From contig OZ253462.1 in NCBI GenBank assembly GCA_965261395.1, positions 4,992,001 to 5,056,000 on the forward strand: a stretch of DNA of 64,000 nt, read 5' to 3'. Positions within the stretch are counted from its first letter, which is position 1; the number at the start of each line of letters is the position of its first letter. Under the pieces are notes generated by a model. That model ran no database searches. It was given only the letters and a program-made list of their open reading frames with translations, and had not been told where the DNA came from. This document shows positions 20,239 through 28,989 of this stretch, in pieces. Source of the stretch: Candidatus Latescibacterota bacterium (GTDB lineage: Bacteria > Latescibacterota > UBA2968 > UBA8231). Position numbers and translations under genes: made by a program.

Positions 20239-20362
20239 GCCTGCTGCACTCCTCTCAATGGGTTCGGGTTGGCAAGAAAAACCTATATGTATTGTTTTAC
20301 CATGCAAAACCTAACCCTTTTTTCCTCAACCGCATCTCAGCATTTGATATAGGAGATTCCTC

Positions 20363-21451
20363 ATGCCCAAGCTCTTTGGTCGCAACTTCACCCGCCGCCA
20401 ACTGCTCAACCGCGTCGGCGACATCAGCCAACTCATGTACGCCCGCCGCGCCGAGCGCCGCGAAGGCTTCGAGCGCGGTGCCGACCTCATCGACGTGTTC
20501 AACGCTTCGGGCTTGGGGTTTTCCGTCTTGCCCGGTCGCGCCCTCGACATTGCCTCGGCCCACTACAAGGGCCAGTCGCTGTGTTTCCGCTCTGGCCCCG
20601 GAGACGTCGGGCCGGCCTTCTACGAGCCAGAGGGCTTCAAATGGGGGCGCGGCTGGTTCGGCGGGCTAGTAACCTCTTGCGGCCTCGACTTTGTCGGCCA
20701 CCCAGAAGTTGATCCCGAAGAAGAAAACGCCGAAATGCCCCTGCACGGCCGCCTCTCGTACATACCGGCCAAAAACGTCGGCATTGAGGCGGGCTGGGAG
20801 GGCGCGGATTACGTCGTGCGCATCCGCGGCCAAATGCGCCAAGCCGAGGTCTTTGCCGAAAACCTAGAGCTGTCGCGCGAGATTTCGACCGTGCTCGGCG
20901 AGCGCAGCATCCACATCCGCGACCGCATCGAAAACCTCGCGGCCGACCGCTCGCCGCTCATGTTCGTCTATCACTGCAACCCCGGCTTCCCCCTCCTCGA
21001 CGAAGGAACTCGCCTCGTCCTCCACAGCCGCCAGAGCACTGAGTGGACCGCGGACCAGCCCGTCAGCCCCGAGGACTACACCGTGGCCAAAGGGCCGCAA
21101 CCGCGTGCCCACGACGATGTGTACGTGCATCGGCCCCGCACCGACCGCCAAGGGCGCGTTCACATCGGCCTGCTCAACGAAAAGCTCGGCTTGGGATTGT
21201 ATTGGCAGTTCAAGCACAGCGAGATTCCCATCGTCAACCACTGGCAGCACTTCCACAAGGGCACCTACGTCACCGGCATTGAGCCGGGCAACTGCTCAGT
21301 GCTCGGCCGCGCTTGGAACCGCAAGCACGGCACCTTGCAGTACATCGAACCGGGCGAGGTGCGCGAATTCAACATGGAAATCGGCGTGTTAGACGGGGCG
21401 GATGAGATGCGCGACTTTGAGCGGAAGGTCAAGCGGGGATTGGCGAAGTAA
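20363..21451 (+). CDS. Aldose 1-epimerase-like (DUF4432) protein
   Basis: GRALDI, TSCG, LHGR, YHCNPG, GIEPGN. Confidence 0.82.
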   Translation: MPKLFGRNFTRRQLLNRVGDISQLMYARRAERREGFERGADLIDVFNASGLGFSVLPGRALDIASAHYKGQSLCFRSGPGDVGPAFYEPEGFKWGRGWFGGLVTSCGLDFVGHPEVDPEEENAEMPLHGRLSYIPAKNVGIEAGWEGADYVVRIRGQMRQAEVFAENLELSREISTVLGERSIHIRDRIENLAADRSPLMFVYHCNPGFPLLDEGTRLVLHSRQSTEWTADQPVSPEDYTVAKGPQPRAHDDVYVHRPRTDRQGRVHIGLLNEKLGLGLYWQFKHSEIPIVNHWQHFHKGTYVTGIEPGNCSVLGRAWNRKHGTLQYIEPGEVREFNMEIGVLDGADEMRDFERKVKRGLAK

Positions 21452-21525
21452 GGCGGTGCTGAAACGTTAGCGGGACGAAAAATGTATCAAGCCCTGCCAT
21501 CCCCTTCAAATGGCGAAAATAGATC

Positions 21526-21963
21526 ATGGACAAAAACCAATGGCTGGATCCACAACCCTGGGAGCGAGACGTTGATGCACCCTGTCTGTCCTTGGGCGCA
21601 GCCGGTCAATTTGACGACACCCACCTTTTTGCTCCCTGTGTCGCTTTGGAAAACGAGCGCTATTACATGTGGTACGGCAGCTATAGCAGCTATCCGCCCG
21701 AGGTCATGCAAACCTCCATCGGATTTGCCGTCAGCGAAGACGGCCTCAACTGGACTAAAAGCCCTCACAATCCGATCTTCGGCCCCGACCCTTCGCGGCC
21801 ATGGGAATCGCACTTTACCACTAGCCATTCGCTCTTGCGCCTGGCCGACGGCTCCCTGCGCCTGTGGTACGCTTCGCGCACCAAACCACCTTTCGTACAC
21901 AAGTATTACGCCATCGGCACCGCGCGATGGCCCGCTTATATGGACGGACGAAAAAATAGATAA
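21526..21963 (+). pseudogene. Truncated five-bladed beta-propeller glycoside hydrolase-like fragment
   Basis: YYMWYG, IGFAVSEDGLNWTK, NPIFGP, LRLWY; only about 145 aa. Confidence 0.55.
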
Positions 21964-21964
21964 C

Positions 21965-22795
21965 ATGGCCATGAGTCGCTTTGTTCTTCTCATCGCTTTT
22001 GTTGCGTGTGCCAATCGCGCGAACACCACGCAGGGCAATGCGGCCGACTGTACCACCGAGGGAATCGCCGCCTTGGCCGCCCGTGAAGCATCAAGCGCCT
22101 ATCAAAATCTCAAGGAAGCCGGAGTCGTTGCCGATACCCTTGCTGATTCCATTGCTGTGGCCGTCGTCGACTCGGTCGCCTATGCTGCCTATGACTCGCT
22201 CTTTGCCTCTTTGCGCACCATCTTCGGCCCCAAGGCGGCGGCGGCTTTCGATCAATATATGGATGCCAAACAGGCTTTCTACGAAGTAGGCACTCCCATT
22301 GACGAAACCGCGTTGAGCGGCGCTTTTGAAGTCGGTAAATACCTTTTTAACGCGGCCGGCGTTATGCACCGTCTAACCGCATCGGAAATAGCCATCTGGG
22401 GAAACGAGTATTACCCAGCTTGGGATCGATTTAACGCGGCGGGGAAAGAAATAACCAAGCAAGCCGCCGCTGCCGCGCATAAGGCTAACTGCGCTTTCTA
22501 CAACGACGCCATTTTGTCTTTGGATGCACCAGACGCTTCCGTTGGATACCGGGCCGCTATCTTGGCCTTCTCTGGTGCGTATCTCGAAATATGTACCCCA
22601 ATGCCGTCCTCGCAATTTTTCGGCTTCGCGTACGGGCTAGCTGGCCGCTTAGATCAGGCGGCTCGCTACAATGTGTTTCGGACCGCATTGAATACAAGCT
22701 ACTACACGAGCAGTCTTTATTCGGGCTTGGAGGCAGTCTCAGAAACAGCCGAACAGGCTGCCCTGATTGCCCTGACCTTGGATTGTAGTCAATAA
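21965..22795 (+). CDS. Hypothetical exported/lipoprotein-like Ala-rich helical protein
   Basis: MAMSRFVLLIAFVAC signal-like N-terminus; the upstream part of the long ORF overlaps the GH fragment. Confidence 0.55.
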   Translation: MAMSRFVLLIAFVACANRANTTQGNAADCTTEGIAALAAREASSAYQNLKEAGVVADTLADSIAVAVVDSVAYAAYDSLFASLRTIFGPKAAAAFDQYMDAKQAFYEVGTPIDETALSGAFEVGKYLFNAAGVMHRLTASEIAIWGNEYYPAWDRFNAAGKEITKQAAAAAHKANCAFYNDAILSLDAPDASVGYRAAILAFSGAYLEICTPMPSSQFFGFAYGLAGRLDQAARYNVFRTALNTSYYTSSLYSGLEAVSETAEQAALIALTLDCSQ

Positions 22796-22981
22796 GACGG
22801 CAGTGGCCCTGTTCGCCTGTGGTTCCTGCCTCGCTGGCGTCTGGCTCCTCGTCGATGAGTTCGCCGGGACGGTGGGCAACTGCCTGCCGGTGTATTAATT
22901 TCTGTTCTGCTGATTCGCGAGAGGGCGACATCAGAAAAAGTCTATTTGATGGGAACGTAGAGAAGAGAGGGGAATAGACCG

Positions 22982-23398
22982 ATGATTGATTATGGGAATT
23001 TTAGCAAGGCTCTGAAGAATCTTGAGTTGCAGTATGACAACTACAAAAACCTGGACGATGAATTGCCGGAACTTATGAAAGAGGCTGTGTCCGAGTCGGT
23101 GATTCAGCGATTTGAAATTTGCTACGATACGATGTGGAAGATACTAAAGCGTCATCTGCAAGAAGTATTAGGCCTTGCTGAAGTTCCCAACAGTCCTAGA
23201 CCGATCTTACGTCTGGCCGATTCTAACAACCTACTTTCGTCTTCCTTCTCCCAATGGGACCAATACATACAAGCTCGTATTGATACCACTCACGACTACA
23301 GTGGGGAGAAAGCAAAGAAGGCTCTTGGAATTGTGGGTAATTTTATTGACGACGCCATTGATCTTTACCAGACCTTGACGGAGGAGACTTGGGAATGA
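22982..23398 (+). CDS. HEPN-family protein (HI0074-like nucleotidyltransferase substrate-binding)
   Basis: VIQRFEICYDTMWK, RIDTTH (Rx4H). Confidence 0.88.
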   Translation: MIDYGNFSKALKNLELQYDNYKNLDDELPELMKEAVSESVIQRFEICYDTMWKILKRHLQEVLGLAEVPNSPRPILRLADSNNLLSSSFSQWDQYIQARIDTTHDYSGEKAKKALGIVGNFIDDAIDLYQTLTEETWE

Positions 23399-23709
23399 CC
23401 GACGCCATCGACATCAGCGTTGGCGATCACAAGTTGGTTCTCGGCCTGCTGAAACAGCATCTGCCCAATGTCGCCGTGTGGGCTTATGGTTCCCGGGTCA
23501 AGTGGACTGCACGCCCGCAGTCTGACTTGGATTTGGTTGCTTTTGTTTCGTGTGAACAGAAAGCGGCCGTTTTCAATCTAAGGGAAGCCTTGGAAGAGAG
23601 CAGTCTGCCATTTCCGGTGGACCTGTTTATCTGGGATGAGTTGCCGGAGTCGTTTCAGAAGCGGATTGAAGCCGAACATGTGGTGTTGGTGGAGAAGGAA
23701 GATCGGTAG
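23389..23709 (+). CDS. Minimal nucleotidyltransferase (MNT)
   Basis: YGSRVKWTARPQSDLDL (GS..DxD), LPFPVDL. Confidence 0.9.
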   Translation: MGMTDAIDISVGDHKLVLGLLKQHLPNVAVWAYGSRVKWTARPQSDLDLVAFVSCEQKAAVFNLREALEESSLPFPVDLFIWDELPESFQKRIEAEHVVLVEKEDR

Positions 23710-23721
23710 TGGGCTACTATG

Positions 23722-23763
23722 AAAATAAAACCCCCGTACCAAGTACGCTGGCACGGGGTTTTT
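23722..23763 (-). terminator. Rho-independent terminator (possibly bidirectional)
   Basis: Minus-strand stem CCCCGTGCCA/TGGTACGGGG followed by TTTTATTTT; T-run on the plus strand too. Confidence 0.7.
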
Positions 23764-23778
23764 CGGTTCTCTCAGATT

Positions 23779-23838
23779 TCAAACTATCCCTCGACCGAAT
23801 AGCGACAGCAGCTTGAACAGCATCAGCATCAGCATCAT
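23779..23838 (-). CDS. Candidate 19-aa hydrophobic peptide MMLMLMLFKLLSLFGRGIV
   Basis: AAGGA RBS just upstream; terminator just downstream. Confidence 0.35.
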   Translation of the reverse strand: MMLMLMLFKLLSLFGRGIV

Positions 23839-23922
23839 TGGGTTCCTTCCCTTACTACTGACATATTGCTGACACGACTTTTTCGCCGCTATAGCGTGGT
23901 TGTCATAACTCCTTGTTTTTAT

Positions 23923-23998
<76 letters not shown>

Positions 23999-24031
23999 TC
24001 TCCCTCAAATTATACGCCATCGGATTATCCT

Positions 24032-25783
24032 TTACAAATGCTGAGCCATCCGGCGCGCCAAGTCCCCGCGCGTTATGGGGTCGCGGCCCGCGAGGTCCGG
24101 CGATAGTCCTGCGGCCCGCAGGCGCTCGGCGGGCGCGCTAGCCAAAGCATCTGGATCAAAACGCAAATGATCGGCACAGCCCGGCCATATTCCCTCCACG
24201 GCCAGCATCTGCACGGCCGCAAAGGCCGGGTGCCCCAGCGGCACGTCCTCGTACCAATACAGCGGCACGCCGGCCGCCAACAAGGTCTGCTGGTACTGGC
24301 GGAGCAGAACCGCGCTGCTACACACGCTCGATGGGGTCCGTTGCTGGCCCAAGCAAAAAGCAGCCAAGGCACCAGCGGCCTCGCCGATATTCCACTCTAC
24401 GGGATGCAGCCGGTAGCAGCCATTGGTAATGTGCGTGGTGCCGATGTTCTTGCAGGCCGCTAGCAAGTTGTCCAAGTGCCGCGACACGAGCGCGCCTAAC
24501 GGGATCTGGAAGGGCTTGGTCGGCGCGATATACACTATGTCGGTGGCTTGGCCGTGGATGTCGATGGCGTACCAGCCCACGCCGACGCTGTCGCTAAAAG
24601 GAGCAGCGCGCGCATTGGGCTGGTGCGGGGCAGCTACCTCTTGCTCGACAATGGTCTTGCGCGCTTCGATGCGTCGGGACTCGCGGATGTAGGGGTGCTG
24701 GGAGAAGCCGTCGGCAGTCCCCATGATGTCGGGGCGCAGCCGCAACTCGGGATAACCGCGACCGCCGCCGTCGCGCGGCACCTCAGTTTGTAGCCAGTAC
24801 AACAATCCCAAACTCAGTTCCTTGGCCGCCGCTAGCTGCTGCGCTCGCTCGGCGGGCGGCACGTCGATAAGGGTGCCGCCGGCGTAGTCGTTACCCGGCC
24901 AGTTGATCAACGCCACGTCCCTAGGCACTTGCCCCTCGGCAAATTGATCGGCACACAACAGGCGGCGGTAGGCCCAAAAGGAGCCGGGCAAGTCGCCAGC
25001 GGTCTCAAAGAACCGGTACGTGCGCAGACCGCGGGCGTACTGCAAGGTCAAGGTGTAGGGCTGCTGGTCGCGGTGGCGCTCGTAGTTGGGCGGGCGGGGA
25101 ATGGTGTGATCTTGACCAAGGCAGAAATCGACCGCAAACGGGCAGGTAAAAGACTGAGTCAAATGCGGGGCGGGGCCTTCAGCGCGGGCGTGCGGCTCGC
25201 CGGTCTGGTCGCAGCTTTCAGCACCGGAGACATAGGGGACCGGCAGCAGGGGCAGCAGGTCGCCCAGCTCGGTGGCGTCGAGCACATACGCGGGGGCAAA
25301 GCGCAAGATGTGCGTGCCGCCGTCTTGGACGACATCTACGGTGCGGATGGACTGGCCTTGGACTTGGACGGCAGACGCGCGGGCGTGGTAGAACAGCATC
25401 AGGCGACCGGTTTCAACCTGGGGTACAACTAAGGACAGCAGGGCCGTTAGGCCGGCTCGCGGCTCAAAGCACAGGGCAGAGACCCATCCGGCCCCGGGGT
25501 TGAAGTGCGGGTCGTCTGGGTTTTTCAGTTTGTATTTGCGGCGATAGTACGCGCGGATGCCAGCGCGGAATTCGCCGTACAGAGCCGTGCCGCCAAAGTG
25601 CTCTATGTGCGGATGCTCGTCTAAGGCGGCGACACCCTGGCTGGTGGCTTGGCCGCCGAGCCACGGGTTTTCTTCGGTCAGGCAGACTCGATAGCCCAAG
25701 CGGGCGGCGCGCACGGCCGCGGCCACGCCGCCCAAGCCGCCGCCTAGGACCAAGATGTCGCATTCAATCGTGCGGGTTTCCAT
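24032..25783 (-). CDS. FAD-dependent oxidoreductase
   Basis: LGGGLGG, WLGGQATSQG, DATELGD, PYIRESRR, CYRLHPVEWNIGEAAG. Confidence 0.88.
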   Translation of the reverse strand: METRTIECDILVLGGGLGGVAAAVRAARLGYRVCLTEENPWLGGQATSQGVAALDEHPHIEHFGGTALYGEFRAGIRAYYRRKYKLKNPDDPHFNPGAGWVSALCFEPRAGLTALLSLVVPQVETGRLMLFYHARASAVQVQGQSIRTVDVVQDGGTHILRFAPAYVLDATELGDLLPLLPVPYVSGAESCDQTGEPHARAEGPAPHLTQSFTCPFAVDFCLGQDHTIPRPPNYERHRDQQPYTLTLQYARGLRTYRFFETAGDLPGSFWAYRRLLCADQFAEGQVPRDVALINWPGNDYAGGTLIDVPPAERAQQLAAAKELSLGLLYWLQTEVPRDGGGRGYPELRLRPDIMGTADGFSQHPYIRESRRIEARKTIVEQEVAAPHQPNARAAPFSDSVGVGWYAIDIHGQATDIVYIAPTKPFQIPLGALVSRHLDNLLAACKNIGTTHITNGCYRLHPVEWNIGEAAGALAAFCLGQQRTPSSVCSSAVLLRQYQQTLLAAGVPLYWYEDVPLGHPAFAAVQMLAVEGIWPGCADHLRFDPDALASAPAERLRAAGLSPDLAGRDPITRGDLARRMAQHL

Positions 25784-25792
25784 GTCACGTGA

Positions 25793-25820
25793 GTAGGGGC
25801 GACCGGCCGGTTGCCCCTAC
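25793..25820. repeat. GTAG-type REP-like palindrome
   Basis: GTAGGGGCGACCGGCCGGTTGCCCCTAC; 1 mismatch to 36523..36550. Confidence 0.8.
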
Positions 25821-26650
25821 GATATCCACACGCTACCCAACGCGGCGGCCGTAGCCGCCACGGCTTCTTCCCGCTCCATGGCGCGCAGCCGCTGGCTGAA
25901 CGGCTCGACCATGACCGGCCCGTCGTAGCCAATGTGCTGCAAGGCGCTGAGGAATGCCGCGATGTCGATTACGCCAGTCGTCCCGGGCAAGTCGCGCACA
26001 TTGTCGAGCTGGTCGTCAATTTCTACGCCAGCCGGTGCGTCGTTGACGTGTACATCCACCACTTGCTGGGGGCGCAAGCGGCGCAGATCCGCAGCGGTTT
26101 CGTGGGCGGTGTACCAATGCCAGCTATCGAGTAGAAAGCCCGCGTTCTCGCCTACGGCTTGGCACAGTTCCGCCATTTGCTCCATCGTGTGGACAAACTC
26201 GTACTGCTTGCTCGACCACAGCGTTTTCGGCGCGACGTATTCCAAGCCCAACCGCACGCCTTCGTCGGCGAGTACCGCGGCGGCCGGCCGCAACCGCTCG
26301 ACGTGAAAGGCGAAGTTCTCTTGGTAGGTCAACTCGTCCGAGGTCGGCATAATCCAAGTCGCCGTCCGCCGCACCCCCAACGCCGCCGCCACCTTGGCCA
26401 ACGCCGGCAACTGCGCCAAGCTCGCTTGGTATGCGGCCTCCTCCCCGCGAAAATCAACGGGAAATCCCCACGCCGACAGGCGCACGCCCTTGCGCTCGGC
26501 CAATGCGAGGGCCTCTTCCGCGCCCATGGCCGCGACTTCGCCAATGCTAAAGTGATACCCGGCAAACCCGTGCCGCGCGGCCAAATCAAGTCCATCTGCG
26601 AGGTTTTCTACGCTTGCGCCGATAGCCCCCGGTGATAGCGAGCGGAACAT
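25817..26650 (-). CDS. Sugar phosphate isomerase/epimerase (TIM barrel)
   Basis: LGLEY, LDSWH, VHVND, GYDGPVMVE; AAGGAG RBS before MFRSL. Confidence 0.85.
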   Translation of the reverse strand: MFRSLSPGAIGASVENLADGLDLAARHGFAGYHFSIGEVAAMGAEEALALAERKGVRLSAWGFPVDFRGEEAAYQASLAQLPALAKVAAALGVRRTATWIMPTSDELTYQENFAFHVERLRPAAAVLADEGVRLGLEYVAPKTLWSSKQYEFVHTMEQMAELCQAVGENAGFLLDSWHWYTAHETAADLRRLRPQQVVDVHVNDAPAGVEIDDQLDNVRDLPGTTGVIDIAAFLSALQHIGYDGPVMVEPFSQRLRAMEREEAVAATAAALGSVWIS

Positions 26651-26718
26651 AGCTTCTCCTTTTTGATTGATTGTTGGCGAGCCTAAGCGATGGTGTTGGC
26701 CGCTTAAAGCATCTCCGA

Positions 26719-28749
26719 TCATTTCGATGATTCTCTCAAGCTCTTCAATGATTCTCTCAAGCGCGTATAGTAGTCGAATAGCTCCCCGATACTTTCAGAA
26801 TGATTCATGTCCTTCGGAGTATTGCCATCTTTGTCTCTGGCGTTCATATCTGCTTCCGCATAGAGCAACACATCCACCATTTTAGGATGAGTGCGCCGCA
26901 CCGCATGGTGCAGCGGCGTCCAATCATCCTTGTCTGTGACGTTGACCTCTACTCCCGGTGCCTCGAGCAACAGACCCGCCACCGCAGAATGACCTTGCCA
27001 CGCGGCAAGGTGTAGCGGCGTCCGACCATCCTTGTCTGTGACGTTGACATACGCTTTCTCAGCGAGCAACACCTTCGCCGTCTCCACTGCATTTATCGCC
27101 GCGGCATAGTGCAGCGGCATCCAACCATCATCTTTGTCTGTGGCGTTGACCTCTACTCCCGGTGCCTCGAGCAACAGACCTGCCACCGCAGAATGACCTT
27201 GCCGCGCGGCATGGTGCAGCGGCGTCCGACCATCCTTGTCTGTGGCGTCGACCTCTACTCCCGGTGCCTCGAGCAACAGACCTGCCACCGCAGAATGACC
27301 TTGCCGCGCGGCATGGTGCAGCGGCGTCCGACCATCCTCGTCTGTGGCGTTGACATACGCTTTCCGAGCAAGAAACTCCTTCGCCATCTCCACCGCATTT
27401 ACCTCCGCTGCAAAGTGCAGTACCGTCCAACCAGACATCCAACCACCTTCGACTTTGGCGTGGATGTCCGCTCCCTTATTTAGCAAGTCTTTAGTTAGCC
27501 TAGGCAGGTTCAGTCTCACCGCAATATGCAGGTCTGGCTCACCCTCGTGCCCTTTATCCGGCTTTGGTCCGCGCCTTTCCCCCGTCTCTACGTAAAATCT
27601 GTCCAACTCCGCTTTCAACTCCGCTTCCTCCGCTTCTTCTCGACTCCTGTCCAACTCCGCTTTCTCCTGCCGCTTCTCCCACTCCTTTCGATAATTATCT
27701 ATATATTTATCGACTTCGACTAGGAGGAGAACTTGTAGGAGAACTTGTAGGAGAAAAGCAACTATTGAGGCTCTGGAAAACCACTTGAATCGGGGCTTAC
27801 GTGAAATTGGTCCCTGCTTAGTTGGAGGCACCTCATCGGCTGGCGGTTCCGGCTGCTGCATCATTTCCTTCCACTGCTCCACAGTCTGCGGACGCTTACG
27901 CGGATCTATCTCCAACGCCTTGTCAATCGCCTCACAAAACTCTGTTCTCTCTCCATCTACATTATAACACGGAGAGAACGTGTCATGATCCCCTTCCCTA
28001 TCATCCCCCTTTGGGGGGGGCATACTTGTCAACGCCTCATAGCACACCGCACCCAACGCATAAATATCCGTCCAAGGCCCTTGTTTCCTCCCCCGCCCAT
28101 ATTGCTCTGGCGGCGAATAGTGATCCGTCACCATCACCTTTTGATTCGGCCCCATCGGATGCGCTGCACCAAAGTCCAGCAACACCGGCGAAACTGACGA
28201 ATCAGACTTGCGCAAGATAATATTGCTCGGCTTGATATCCCGATGCAAAAAGTTCTTTTGATGTACCGCTTCTAAGGCATCCAGCAACGGAAATAGAATA
28301 TCTTTAAGTTCGTCTTCTCGCGGCGTTCCCCCCTTTTCCCTCAGATACTCCGACAAGTCTTGCCCTTCCACTAACTCCATTACGATGTAGGCTGTTTTAT
28401 ACGCCTCAAAGATGTCATAGAAGGGGACGATGTTAGGATGCTTAAACTTATTCAAAATTATAGCTTCATCGCGGAAGCTCTTCAAGCCTTCATCAAAATC
28501 ACCCTTTTTCTCTGGCACGGCCACGACGTCTGTCCCTTCACGACGGATAGCACACTCCTTGGGTAGATACTCCTTGATCGCCACGATTTTTTCCGGTTTA
28601 TGGTCATCTTTATAGGATCCCTTATAGATAATGCTAAACCCACCTCTTTTGAGTTCCTGGTTGAACGTAAGTCTCTTTTGGCCCGCCCCAATGTTCGTCA
28701 AAGGAGGCAACGCCAAGTGATGCAGTTCCCCATTCATACGTTTGTCCAT
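26719..28749 (-). CDS. Hanks-type Ser/Thr kinase - TM - ankyrin-repeat protein
   Basis: VAIKEY, HRDIKPSN, DFG, DIYALG; one TM helix; about 7-8 GxTPLHxA repeats. Confidence 0.92.
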   Translation of the reverse strand: MDKRMNGELHHLALPPLTNIGAGQKRLTFNQELKRGGFSIIYKGSYKDDHKPEKIVAIKEYLPKECAIRREGTDVVAVPEKKGDFDEGLKSFRDEAIILNKFKHPNIVPFYDIFEAYKTAYIVMELVEGQDLSEYLREKGGTPREDELKDILFPLLDALEAVHQKNFLHRDIKPSNIILRKSDSSVSPVLLDFGAAHPMGPNQKVMVTDHYSPPEQYGRGRKQGPWTDIYALGAVCYEALTSMPPPKGDDREGDHDTFSPCYNVDGERTEFCEAIDKALEIDPRKRPQTVEQWKEMMQQPEPPADEVPPTKQGPISRKPRFKWFSRASIVAFLLQVLLQVLLLVEVDKYIDNYRKEWEKRQEKAELDRSREEAEEAELKAELDRFYVETGERRGPKPDKGHEGEPDLHIAVRLNLPRLTKDLLNKGADIHAKVEGGWMSGWTVLHFAAEVNAVEMAKEFLARKAYVNATDEDGRTPLHHAARQGHSAVAGLLLEAPGVEVDATDKDGRTPLHHAARQGHSAVAGLLLEAPGVEVNATDKDDGWMPLHYAAAINAVETAKVLLAEKAYVNVTDKDGRTPLHLAAWQGHSAVAGLLLEAPGVEVNVTDKDDWTPLHHAVRRTHPKMVDVLLYAEADMNARDKDGNTPKDMNHSESIGELFDYYTRLRESLKSLRESSK
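26932..27339 (-). repeat. Three near-identical 102-bp ankyrin-coding units (26932-27033, 27136-27237, 27238-27339)
   Basis: Direct DNA repeats visible. Confidence 0.9.
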
Positions 28750-28989
28750 TCTTTCTTTTTTTACAGCCGTTCAATTCGGTTTCTCTACCCCCGCACGAGT
28801 GTTGTCCCCTGTCTTCCTCTCCTGATTCGGCGTCGGATGCCATTGGCACTTGAACATCAGAGCCTTTAGTGGGTTCAACATCCGTTGCCGTTGGCGTCTC
28901 AACCGCCGCATCTTCACCCCACCCAAGCCAACAAACTATCCCTAATAACACGACAAGGCATAGCAATATCCCCCGTCCGTCCCAGCGTT

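Noticed and set aside
21482-21964. 437-aa ORF as a single protein
   Set aside because: The first 161 codons overlap the GH-like fragment in another frame; a signal-like start lies at 21965/21971
26932-27339. Repeats as a CRISPR array
   Set aside because: In-frame 102-bp ankyrin-coding units with no spacers; no cas genes in the window
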